The translations under genes and the position numbers were made by a program. A stretch of DNA of 32,000 nt from Bdellovibrionales bacterium (lineage in GTDB: Bacteria > Bdellovibrionota > Bdellovibrionia > Bdellovibrionales > UBA1609), in NCBI GenBank assembly GCA_963692945.1, contig OY843585.1, positions 1,380,001 to 1,412,000 of the forward strand, written 5' to 3'. Of this stretch, positions 25,301-32,000 are shown piece by piece; the stretch's first letter is position 1; each line of letters starts with the position of its first letter. The notes beneath the pieces were generated by a model. That model was not told the origin of the DNA and did no database searches. It was given only the letters and a program-made list of their open reading frames with translations.

Positions 25301-26450
25301 GATAAAAGAAGCTCTTTCACTTTTAAATCAAGGAATCAAAGATGAGGATCTTGATGTACGTGAAACCGTTATTATTCAAACGGATGATTTGATAAAAGTA
25401 GGAATGAAAAAAGAAGCTCTTTCCTTTTTAAATCAAGGAATGAAAGGTGAAGATCATGAGGTACGTGGAGCCGTTATTTATCAAACGGATGAATTGATAA
25501 AAACAGGAATGAAAGAAGAAGCTCTTTCCTTTTTAAATCAAGGAATCAAAGATGAGCATCTTAATGTACGCACAGCAGTTATTCATCAAATGGATGTATT
25601 GATAAAATTAGGAATGAAAGAAGAAGCTCTTTCCTTTTTAAATCAAGGAATGAAAGATGAGGATCTTAATGTACGTGAAACCGTTATTATTCAAACATAT
25701 AATTTGATAAAATTAGGAATGAAAAAAGAAGCTCTTTCCTTTTTAAATCAAGGAATGAAAGGTGAAGATCATGAGGTACGTGAAACCGTTATTCATCAAA
25801 CGTATAATTTGATAGAATTAGGAATGAAAGAAGAAGCTCTTTCACTTTTAAATCAAGGAATCAAAGATAAGAATAGCGAAGTACGTGGATCTGTTATTTA
25901 TCAAACAGATGAATTGATAAAATTAGGAATGAAAAAAGAAGCTCTTTCACTTTTAAAACAAGGTATGAAAGATGAGTATAAATTTGTACGTGAATTCGTT
26001 ATTGATCAAACGGATGATTTGATAGAAGTAGGAATGAAAAAAGAAGCTCTTTCACTTTTAAATCAAGGAATGAAAGATGAACATAGCGACGTACGTACAG
26101 CCGTTATTTATCAAACGGATGAATTGATAAAAATAGGAGTGAAAAAAGAAGCTCTTTCCTTTTTAAATCAAGGAATCAAAGATGAGAATCATAGAGTACG
26201 TTTGCAAGTTATTTATCAAACAGATGAATTGATAAAAGTAGGAATGAAAAAAGAAGCTCTTTCCTTTTTAAAGCAAGGAATGAAAGATAAGGATAGCGAA
26301 GTACGTGGATCTGTTATTTATCAAACAGATGAATTGATAAAATTAGGAATGAAAAAAGAAGAAGTTCTTTCACTCTTAAAACAAGGAATGAAAGATCAAA
26401 ATAGCAAAGTACGTAATCTTTCAGAAGAAATCTACAAAGAGTATTTCTAA
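22362..26450 (+). CDS. Secreted protein: caspase-like N-terminal domain plus 24.7 HEAT-like 35-aa repeats (1362 aa)
   Basis: The N-terminal ~495 aa are near-identical to the 19885 gene (H97/H98, C140), with an extra acidic/basic insert KENKKDKKDEEDDEDKEE. Repeats run from codon 498 (nt 23853). Confidence 0.6.
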   Translation: MKSLLTFSCLCFLLSSLSYATSSSEAEQDSEDINICYFSLNNEKEFQEMERFTEKLKKDDSVISVKEYMENGNDPKDSFKKMLESEDRCDGVVISGHHTGAFGGKRANGNLDINFLEEMSCKEEYKPFFLKVKSLWLQGCRTLGVGEYQTRGEETADFHTNRVGAVLEEDHLEQSLAELNVEFSEVLDADNTLPSRYLRVFPQATVFGWTRSAPGDVSGSQYSIPFHIAHVAQTRTSQLPEESPIKQSWKESSSVLYKESLESLFYPSTNNQCVESKQEEVCTNIGVAAWKSHGNVLDQDKEYGFLNPDLQAYSSLSQMDEIDGFILKTAHSYTCLIRNKPEEIFEVLDDILEKPEILRYTYNSLFNTLKSLKENKKDKKDEEDDEDKEEFRRNKELYFELIETLKQSENMNEFLYKKLTGKRIGVLSKIDYLAFYQELYGRKEKLNSILIDKVIQILKKPYSDNRSSRLNERDYKLTLINALGENGYFKHKKGVLVLNQGIKDEDYYVRYAVISHTDKLIKLGMKKEALSLLNQGMKGEDHEVRGAVIYQTDDLIKTGMKEEALSFLNQGMKDEDLNVRKTVIYQTDELIEAGMKKEALSILNQGIKDENHEVRKAVIFKTDELIKVGMKEESLSLLNQGIKDEGIIVRAAVISQTDFLIKQGMKDEALSILNQGMKDKYRFVREAVIHKTDDLIKTGMKEEALSLLNQGMKDEDYNVRIAVIHQTDELIKLGMKNEALSLLNQGMKDEHSYIRYIVIYQTDELIKLGMKEESLSFLKQGMKDEDLDVRKAVIVQTDDLIKVGMKKEALSLLNQGMKGEDHEVRGAVIYQTDDLIKTGMKEEALSFLNQGMKHEDHNIREAVIYQTHDLIKVGMKKESLSLLNQGIKDEHSEVRTAVIYQMDELIEAGMKEEALSLLNQGIKDEHSEVRKTVIDQIDNLIELGMKKETLSLLNQGMKNEDRYIRQYVIYQTDELIKLGMIKEALSLLNQGIKDEDLDVRETVIIQTDDLIKVGMKKEALSFLNQGMKGEDHEVRGAVIYQTDELIKTGMKEEALSFLNQGIKDEHLNVRTAVIHQMDVLIKLGMKEEALSFLNQGMKDEDLNVRETVIIQTYNLIKLGMKKEALSFLNQGMKGEDHEVRETVIHQTYNLIELGMKEEALSLLNQGIKDKNSEVRGSVIYQTDELIKLGMKKEALSLLKQGMKDEYKFVREFVIDQTDDLIEVGMKKEALSLLNQGMKDEHSDVRTAVIYQTDELIKIGVKKEALSFLNQGIKDENHRVRLQVIYQTDELIKVGMKKEALSFLKQGMKDKDSEVRGSVIYQTDELIKLGMKKEEVLSLLKQGMKDQNSKVRNLSEEIYKEYF
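23853..26450 (+). repeat. In-frame 105-bp tandem repeat array (about 24.7 units) with internal segmental duplications
   Basis: Over 140 nt at 23941-24080 are identical to 24781-24920, an offset of 840 = 8 x 105. A third, closely similar copy lies near 25411, an offset of 1470 = 14 x 105. Confidence 0.9.
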
Positions 26451-26452
26451 AA

Positions 26453-26597
26453 ATGAAAAGTTTGCTTACTTTTTCATGTTTGTGCTTTCTATTAAGTTCT
26501 CTGTCTTATGCTACAAATTCTTCTGAAGCAGAACAAGATTCTGAAGATCTCAACATCTGTTAATTTTTCTCTAAACAATGAAAAAGAATTTCAAGAG
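26453..26597 (+). pseudogene. 5' stub of a fourth caspase-like/HEAT paralog (signal peptide region only)
   Basis: It is near-identical to 22362-22506. A 1-nt insertion turns TGTTATTTT into TGTTAATTT, giving TAA after 36 codons. Homology ends at ...TTTCAAGAG (26597). Confidence 0.8.
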
Positions 26598-26741
26598 TAT
26601 GCACCTAAGCCCAATAAATTACTCAAAAATACTATAGAAACTTATCAAAGACAAAAACAACATAGTTAGAAATAAAAAACCTTGAAAAAAATAAATAAGT
26701 TGGCCTATAGTAACAATGATAAATAACAATAAGGAGTCCAA

Positions 26742-27026
26742 ATGAAAACACTGATTTTATGTCTAACTCTATTTTCTTTTCAAGGTATAGGAAATACTAT
26801 AACAACAGGACAAAAAACATATGAGATAAAACCAAAGGCTGATCTTTCAGGGGCTGATCTTTCAGAGGCTAATCTTAAAAGGGCTGATCTTTCAGGGGCT
26901 GATCTTTCAGGGACTACTCTTATTTTAGGGAAGAAACTTTTTTCAGGGGCTACATTTAATGTGGAAACAAAATTTCCATTCTCTAAAAAGTACGCAATAA
27001 AAAAAGGAATGATTTTTGTTCCCTAA
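26742..27026 (+). CDS. Secreted pentapeptide-repeat protein (94 aa)
   Basis: An AAGGAG RBS and the signal MKTLILCLTLFSFQGIG are present. The repeats are ADLSGADLSEANLKRADLSGADLSG. Confidence 0.7.
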   Translation: MKTLILCLTLFSFQGIGNTITTGQKTYEIKPKADLSGADLSEANLKRADLSGADLSGTTLILGKKLFSGATFNVETKFPFSKKYAIKKGMIFVP

Positions 27027-27064
27027 TTTAAAATAATTCTAAAGAAAAATATTTAACTAAGCTT

Positions 27065-27099
27065 AAAAAACTCTCTATTATTTAGAGAGTTTTTTTTTA
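27065..27099 (+). terminator. Rho-independent (bidirectional-looking) terminator
   Basis: AAAAAACTCTCTA-TTATT-TAGAGAGTTTTTTTTT lies about 40 nt after the pentapeptide gene stop. Confidence 0.7.
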
Positions 27100-27145
27100 T
27101 TTTTATCCTCCTTTTTAGAACTTGTTTTTGTATCTTGTCATTAAA

Positions 27146-27280
27146 ACAAAACTCTAGTTCAAACATAAGCCTGTTAAGTAACTCTTATTTTAACGAGATT
27201 TGAAGAGTGTCCCCTTTTACGATGAAAAGCTCGTTAAAATAAGAGTAAGAAAATATCTAAGTAACTGAACTAGAGTTTTG
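27146..27280. repeat. Long bipartite inverted repeat (~135 nt hairpin) immediately 3' of tRNA-Arg
   Basis: The outer arms are ACAAAACTCTAGTTCA (27146-27161) and TGAACTAGAGTTTTGT (27265-27280). The inner arms are ACTCTTATTTTAACGAG (27181-27197) and CTCGTTAAAATAAGAGT (27231-27247). The internal bulges are unpaired. Confidence 0.7.
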
Positions 27281-27284
27281 TAAA

Positions 27285-27361
27285 TGGTGACTGCGGCAGG
27301 ATTCGAACCTGCGACCTAGAATTTAGGAAACTCTTGCTCTATCCAACTGAGCTACGCAGCC
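27285..27361 (-). tRNA. tRNA-Arg (anticodon CCT)
   Basis: The reverse complement is GGCTGCG TA GCTC AGTTGGATA GAGC A AGAGT TTCCTAA ATTCT AGGTC GCAGG TTCGAAT CCTGC CGCAGTC A CCA. It is 77 nt with a full cloverleaf. Confidence 0.9.
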
Positions 27362-27429
27362 TATAGAAATCCCTTGAAACAAATATCTCTTAACTTTTTT
27401 TGTTTATAAATTCAATGTTTTTTATAACT

Positions 27430-28224
27430 CTAAGTTTTGAACAAATACTTTTTTATTTTTTTTACTAAAGATAAAATAGACTTTCCTTCTTCCGAATTAG
27501 GATAACTTTCTAAAAAAGGCACTCCTGACTCACAACTTAAACCCACATGAGTATGAAAAGGTATTTCTACAAGTTTCTCAATCTTTTTTTCTTTCAAGTA
27601 AAGATCTATTTGACCTCTAGGAAAAAGATCTATTTTTTCTCCAGCCTCATTCAACATGTAAGACATATTTTCAACAACTCCAATAACAGGTATTTCAATT
27701 TGTGGAAACATATTTAAAGCTTTGCGAGTATCTGTTAAAGATAAATTTTGAGGAGTACTTACAACAATAGCACCAGACACACAAACTTTTTGAGCAATAG
27801 TTAGAGCCACATCTCCTGTTCCAGGAGGTAAATCAATAACTAACACATCCAACTCTCCCCAATCTACATCTTTAAAAAACTGTTCTATAGTTTTAAACAA
27901 CATAGGACCACGCCACACAAGAGGAGATTCTTCTTCTACAAGATACCCCATACTCATCAAATTCACTCCATAACGACAATGAGGAATGATTTTATTTTTA
28001 GAACTCAGTTCTGGTTTTTGATTGAGTGTTCCCGTTAAACGAGGAAGAGAAGGGCCATAAATATCTGCATCTAAAAGCCCTACAGACAAACCAAGTTTTC
28101 CTAAACCCACAGCCACATTCAAAGAGATTGTACTTTTACCAACACCACCCTTACCAGAACCAACCAATAGAATATGACGAATCCCTTCAATAGAAACAGG
28201 CTTTTTAAATGGAGTTTTCATCAT
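27430..28224 (-). CDS. apbC: Mrp/ApbC/NBP35-family P-loop ATPase (Fe-S cluster carrier)
   Basis: It has the deviant Walker A GSGKGGVGKSTISLNVAVGL, plus DADIYGPS and VIDLPPGTGD. It is 264 aa. Confidence 0.8.
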   Translation of the reverse strand: MMKTPFKKPVSIEGIRHILLVGSGKGGVGKSTISLNVAVGLGKLGLSVGLLDADIYGPSLPRLTGTLNQKPELSSKNKIIPHCRYGVNLMSMGYLVEEESPLVWRGPMLFKTIEQFFKDVDWGELDVLVIDLPPGTGDVALTIAQKVCVSGAIVVSTPQNLSLTDTRKALNMFPQIEIPVIGVVENMSYMLNEAGEKIDLFPRGQIDLYLKEKKIEKLVEIPFHTHVGLSCESGVPFLESYPNSEEGKSILSLVKKIKKYLFKT

Positions 28225-28506
28225 CCCTTATTAACTGTTTTTCCTATAAGAAACAAGCCACTCTCCAACTATTCCCAAACAAAAGGATTAAAAAATATAT
28301 AAAAGCCTTTTTCTCTATAAAACTTTTCTAAAAAACAAGTTCACATTCTATAAGAATATCAGATCAAAAAAACAAAATTCCCTAAGGCAAAACCTTTATT
28401 TTATAGATTGAAAAAATCTTAAAAGAACCAAATCTCTCTTGCTCCCTGCCCTATTTAATGGCATAACAAAAGACTTGCTATACAAAAAATAAGAGAGAAA
28501 AATTAT

Positions 28507-29805
28507 ATGGAAAGTCCTCAATTGAACTCTATCGTTTCCCTTTGTAAAAGAAGAGGTTTTGTATTTCAAAGTAGTGAAATCTATGGGGGTCTCAATTCTT
28601 GTTGGGATTATGGTCCTTTAGGAGTTCAACTCAAACTCAATATCAAACAACTTTGGTGGGAACGGATGACTCGCCGATTAGATGTTGTTGGTTTAGATGC
28701 CAGTATTTTTATGCATCCAAAAGTTTGGGAGGCTTCAGGACACTTAGAAAACTTTACAGATGCTCTTTGTGATTGCAAAGAATGCAAACATCGCTTCCGA
28801 AAAGAACCAGACATCACAAAATGTCCACAATGTGGTTCAAAAGACTGTACAAAACCACGAGAGTTTAACCTACTCTTTAAAACTTTTATGGGACCTGTAG
28901 AAGAAGATAAATCTGTTGTCTATCTTCGTCCAGAAACAGCTCAAGGTATTTATGTCAATTTCCAAAATGTTCAACAATCCCTTAGAAAGCCCATCCCTTT
29001 TGGTATTGCTCAAATCGGTAAAGCCTTTCGTAATGAAATCACCCCTTCTCATTTCATTTTTAGAACAAGAGAATTTGAACAAATGGAAATGCAATTTTTT
29101 ATTCCACCAGATGAAGGAAAAAAATGGTTCAACTACTGGAAAAAAGAACGCTATGAACATTTACTCAGTCTTGGTTTAGAAGATAAAAATCTCCACTTTC
29201 ATGAACACAGTTCTAAAGACCTCGCCCACTACGCTAAAGAAGCCTTAGATATTGAATATGATTTCCCTATGGGAAAAAAAGAATTAGAGGGTTTACACTA
29301 TCGGGGAGATTTTGATTTAAGCCAACATCAAAAATTTTCTGGAAAAAAATCACTCTATTTTGATGCTGAGCAAAATAAAAGTTATTTACCTCATGTTGTA
29401 GAGACATCTATCGGTTGTGACCGTCTTTTACTAGCTCTTATCTGTTCGGCTTACAAAGAAGAGGAGATAAAAGGTGAAAAAAGGGTGTTTTTGAAATTCA
29501 ATCCAAAAATAGCCCCTATTCAAATTGCTATTTTACCTCTCTCTAAAAAGCCTCTGTTAATGGATATGGGGCACAAAATTCAACAAACACTACAAGATCA
29601 TTGGTTTATTGAATACGATATTTCTGGGAGCATTGGTAAACGCTATAGACGACAAGACGAAATTGGAACCCCTTGGTGTTTGACCATTGATTTTGAAAGT
29701 TTAGAAGATCAAAAAGTGACTGTAAGAGATAGAGACACTATGAAACAAGACCGTATCTCTTTAGAAACCTTAATCAGTTACTTTAAAGATAAAACTTCTA
29801 AATAA
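28507..29805 (+). CDS. glyQS: Glycine--tRNA ligase, homodimeric (alpha2) type
   Basis: Diagnostic strings are [48 protein letters not shown] and [13 protein letters not shown]. It is 432 aa. Confidence 0.85.
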   Translation: MESPQLNSIVSLCKRRGFVFQSSEIYGGLNSCWDYGPLGVQLKLNIKQLWWERMTRRLDVVGLDASIFMHPKVWEASGHLENFTDALCDCKECKHRFRKEPDITKCPQCGSKDCTKPREFNLLFKTFMGPVEEDKSVVYLRPETAQGIYVNFQNVQQSLRKPIPFGIAQIGKAFRNEITPSHFIFRTREFEQMEMQFFIPPDEGKKWFNYWKKERYEHLLSLGLEDKNLHFHEHSSKDLAHYAKEALDIEYDFPMGKKELEGLHYRGDFDLSQHQKFSGKKSLYFDAEQNKSYLPHVVETSIGCDRLLLALICSAYKEEEIKGEKRVFLKFNPKIAPIQIAILPLSKKPLLMDMGHKIQQTLQDHWFIEYDISGSIGKRYRRQDEIGTPWCLTIDFESLEDQKVTVRDRDTMKQDRISLETLISYFKDKTSK

Positions 29806-29885
29806 AAAAATAGGAACCACAGGCCGTGAGTGATTTATCTTTTAATGTCAATACTTCTAAAGATCCTAGTTTGGAAAATAACAAA

Positions 29886-32000
29886 ATGATAAATAAGGAA
29901 ACACATAAATACATTTATCACTTCGGTAAAAACCAAACAGATGGTGATGCCTCTATGAAACAACTTTTAGGCAGTAAAGGTTCTAACCTTGCAGAAATGT
30001 CTCGTTTAGGACTACCTGTTCCACCGGGCTTTACTCTTTCTACAAAACTGTGCCATCTTTTTTATAAAGAAAACCAAAACCTCCCTGAGTCTATTAAAAA
30101 CTCCATCAAAAAATCTATTGAAAGTTTAGAAATAGAACTTGGCAAAAAATTCAATGACCCTAACAACCCTCTCCTTATAAGTGTTCGTTCAGGAGCACCT
30201 ATTAGTATGCCAGGGATGATGGATACTATTTTAAATTTAGGACTCAATGAAAAAACAGTTGAAGGTTTAAGCCAGCTTTTCCAAAACCCTCGCTTTGCTT
30301 GGGACAGTTATCGTCGTTTTATACAGATGTACTCTGATGTTGTTATGGGAATGAACTCTTCTCTCTTAGAAACTCATTTAGAAGATTACAAAAATCAAAA
30401 AAACTATACATCTGATACACAACTAACAGCTACGGACTGGAAAAATGTTATTACCTATTTTAAAGAATCCATCTTACAATGCACAGGAAAAGTTTTTCCT
30501 GAAGATCCATGGAATCAATTATGGGAATCAATCAAAGCGATTTTTAATAGCTGGAACAACCCAAGAGCTGTTATCTATCGTAAAATGCAAGGAGAAACCT
30601 CCTGTTTAGGAACAGCAGTGAATATCCAATCTATGGTTTTTGGTAATAGAGGAAATGATTGTGCAACAGGAGTGATTTTTACACGAAACCCATCTACAGG
30701 AGAAAAATCTATTTTTGGAGAATTCCTTATCAATGCTCAAGGAGAAGATGTTGTTGCTGGTATAAGAACACCTCAAATGATTCTCAACACCAATGGAAAC
30801 TCTGAAAAAGATTTAAAAAATCTTATGCCTAATTCTTTTGATGAACTTTCTAACCTATGTAACAAATTAGAAAAACATTACAAATATGTTCAAGATATTG
30901 AATTCACTATTGAAAAAAATAAGCTTTGGCTCTTACAAACTCGTAATGCAAAATGTTCGTCCATCGCTCAATTAAAAATTATTTTTGATCTTATTGAAGA
31001 GGGACTACTTACGGAAAAAGAAGCTCTTACAAAAATAGATCCCTTCTCTCTCAATAAACTTCTCCATCCTTCTATTGATGAAAAGGACAAAAAAGTCATT
31101 TTAACAAAAGGCTTACCAGCCAGTCCCGGTGGAGCCATTGGGAAAATTGTTTTTAATAATCAAAGAGCCGTTGAACTTCAAAAACAAGGTCTATCTGTTA
31201 TTTTAGTTAGGACAGAAACATCTCCCGAAGATATAAATGGAATGATAAGTTCTCAAGGAATTTTAACAGCAAGAGGAGGTATGACTTCTCACGCGGCCGT
31301 AGTGGCTCGTAGTATGGGTAAACCTTGTATTGTTGGTTGTGGATCTTTGCATATCAATGAAATCAATAAAGAATTAAAAATTAAAGATAAACTTTTAAGA
31401 GAAGGAGACGAAATAACCATTGATGGCTCAACAGGAGAGGTTTTATTAGGAGTCATTCAAACTAAAACTCCAAAATTAGATGAAAATTTTTTCAAACTGA
31501 TGAAATTATCAGATAAATATACAAAATTAGAAGTCCGAGCCAATGCAGACACTTCTTCAGATGCTAAAAAAGCAAAAGAATTTGGTGCAACAGGAATTGG
31601 TTTATGCCGAACGGAACACATGTTCTTTGCATCTAATCGCATCAACATTATGAGAAAAATGATTTTGGCAGATAATAGTGACGAAAGACAAGAGGCTCTT
31701 AATGAACTTTTTGTCATGCAAAAAAAGGATTTTCATGAATTGTTAGACATTATGGATGGTTGCCCTGTGACCATTCGTTTATTAGACCCACCACTTCACG
31801 AATTTTTACCTTGCACAAAAGAAGATATAAAAAAACTATCAGAAAATTTACATTGGAGTGAAGATAAAATATCAACAAAAGTGAATCTTCTAAAAGAATC
31901 AAATCCCATGTTAGGTCATAGAGGTTGTCGCTTAGCCATCACCTTTCCTGAAATTTATCTTATGCAAACAAAAGCTCTTAGCGAAGCTTACGCAGAACTA
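29886..32000 (+). CDS. ppdK: Pyruvate, phosphate dikinase (partial, continues past window end)
   Basis: The frame is open to position 32000 (705 codons) and is not in the ORF track. Diagnostic strings are KYIYHFGKNQTDGDASMKQLLGSKGSNLAEMSRLGLPVPPGFTLST, the swivel-domain motif GGMTSHAAVVARSMGKPCIVGC, and GLCRTEHMFF. An in-frame GTG at 29826 is an alternative start. Confidence 0.9.
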   Translation, partial: MINKETHKYIYHFGKNQTDGDASMKQLLGSKGSNLAEMSRLGLPVPPGFTLSTKLCHLFYKENQNLPESIKNSIKKSIESLEIELGKKFNDPNNPLLISVRSGAPISMPGMMDTILNLGLNEKTVEGLSQLFQNPRFAWDSYRRFIQMYSDVVMGMNSSLLETHLEDYKNQKNYTSDTQLTATDWKNVITYFKESILQCTGKVFPEDPWNQLWESIKAIFNSWNNPRAVIYRKMQGETSCLGTAVNIQSMVFGNRGNDCATGVIFTRNPSTGEKSIFGEFLINAQGEDVVAGIRTPQMILNTNGNSEKDLKNLMPNSFDELSNLCNKLEKHYKYVQDIEFTIEKNKLWLLQTRNAKCSSIAQLKIIFDLIEEGLLTEKEALTKIDPFSLNKLLHPSIDEKDKKVILTKGLPASPGGAIGKIVFNNQRAVELQKQGLSVILVRTETSPEDINGMISSQGILTARGGMTSHAAVVARSMGKPCIVGCGSLHINEINKELKIKDKLLREGDEITIDGSTGEVLLGVIQTKTPKLDENFFKLMKLSDKYTKLEVRANADTSSDAKKAKEFGATGIGLCRTEHMFFASNRINIMRKMILADNSDERQEALNELFVMQKKDFHELLDIMDGCPVTIRLLDPPLHEFLPCTKEDIKKLSENLHWSEDKISTKVNLLKESNPMLGHRGCRLAITFPEIYLMQTKALSEAYAEL

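Noticed and set aside
21340-26450. Highly periodic repeats considered as a CRISPR array or as TALE-like DNA-binding repeats
   Set aside because: The 105-bp period is continuous, in-frame and has no spacers, so it is not CRISPR. The 35-aa length and localised variability recall TALE repeats. However, the consensus (KDE..VR..) is HEAT/PBS-lyase-like and the proteins carry Sec signals, so a DNA-code reader is unsupported.
29826-29885. GTG 29826 as the ppdK start
   Set aside because: PPDKs start only a few residues before the K-(W/Y)-(V/I)-Y-x-F motif, and ATG 29886 gives MINKETHKYIYHF. GTG would add 20 non-conserved residues. It is kept as an alternative only.
16024-31717. Remaining short track ORFs antisense to or nested in large genes: 2029..2250-, 6412..6768-, 8347..8574+, 11845..12078-, 12795..13025-, 16024/16386/16581+, 18547..18735+, 20261..20497-, 22756..22992-, 28626..28817-, 28870..29160-, 28916..29179+, 30062..30247-, 31457..31717-
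   Set aside because: Each lies entirely within a longer ORF that has recognisable motifs or repeat structure. None has an RBS or any recognisable motif. 20261 and 22756 are similar to each other only because the host genes are paralogs.

Overview
This is an AT-rich bacterial window, roughly 30% GC by eye. Most genes have strong AAGGAG-type RBSs. The right end (27.3-32 kb) is housekeeping: tRNA-Arg(CCT), an mrp/apbC-like ATPase, glyQS, and a ppdK that is open at the window end. The rest is accessory DNA.

(1) 1-1284 (-): the 5' part of a retron/Abi-like reverse transcriptase with an unusual ~320-aa N-terminal extension. About 700 bp of non-coding DNA lies upstream of it.

(2) Four Cys-rich type IV pilin paralogs, two at 1982-3506 (-) and two at 13981-15672 (+). 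They are associated with repeated non-coding elements.

(3) A small-gene cluster at 3780-5029 in which the genes share near-identical leaders.

(4) An ~8.5 kb integrase-less island (5179-13704). It is bounded by an intact tRNA-Asp(GTC) and a degenerate 65-nt copy of that tRNA's 3' part. The island carries:
- an NYN gene;
- a translationally coupled SLATT(2TM) / TIR-like / SEC-C-motif (possibly E2-like) operon;
- a complete type III CBASS operon (cdnC-HORMA-TRIP13-nucC) with divergent capH/capP regulators;
- a small protein with an ADP-ribosyltransferase-like H-Y-E signature.

(5) 15.9-26.6 kb: two secreted or membrane proteins of unknown function on the minus strand. On the plus strand there are three tandem paralogs plus a 5' pseudogene stub of secreted proteins built from 35-aa HEAT-like repeats (105-bp DNA period, up to ~24.7 copies). 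The two large ones carry an N-terminal domain with a caspase-like (clan CD) His/Cys dyad signature.

The best candidates for something undescribed are the SLATT/TIR-like/SEC-C operon, the caspase-like-HEAT array family, and the N-terminally extended RT.

All family assignments rest on motif recognition by eye. No database search was possible.
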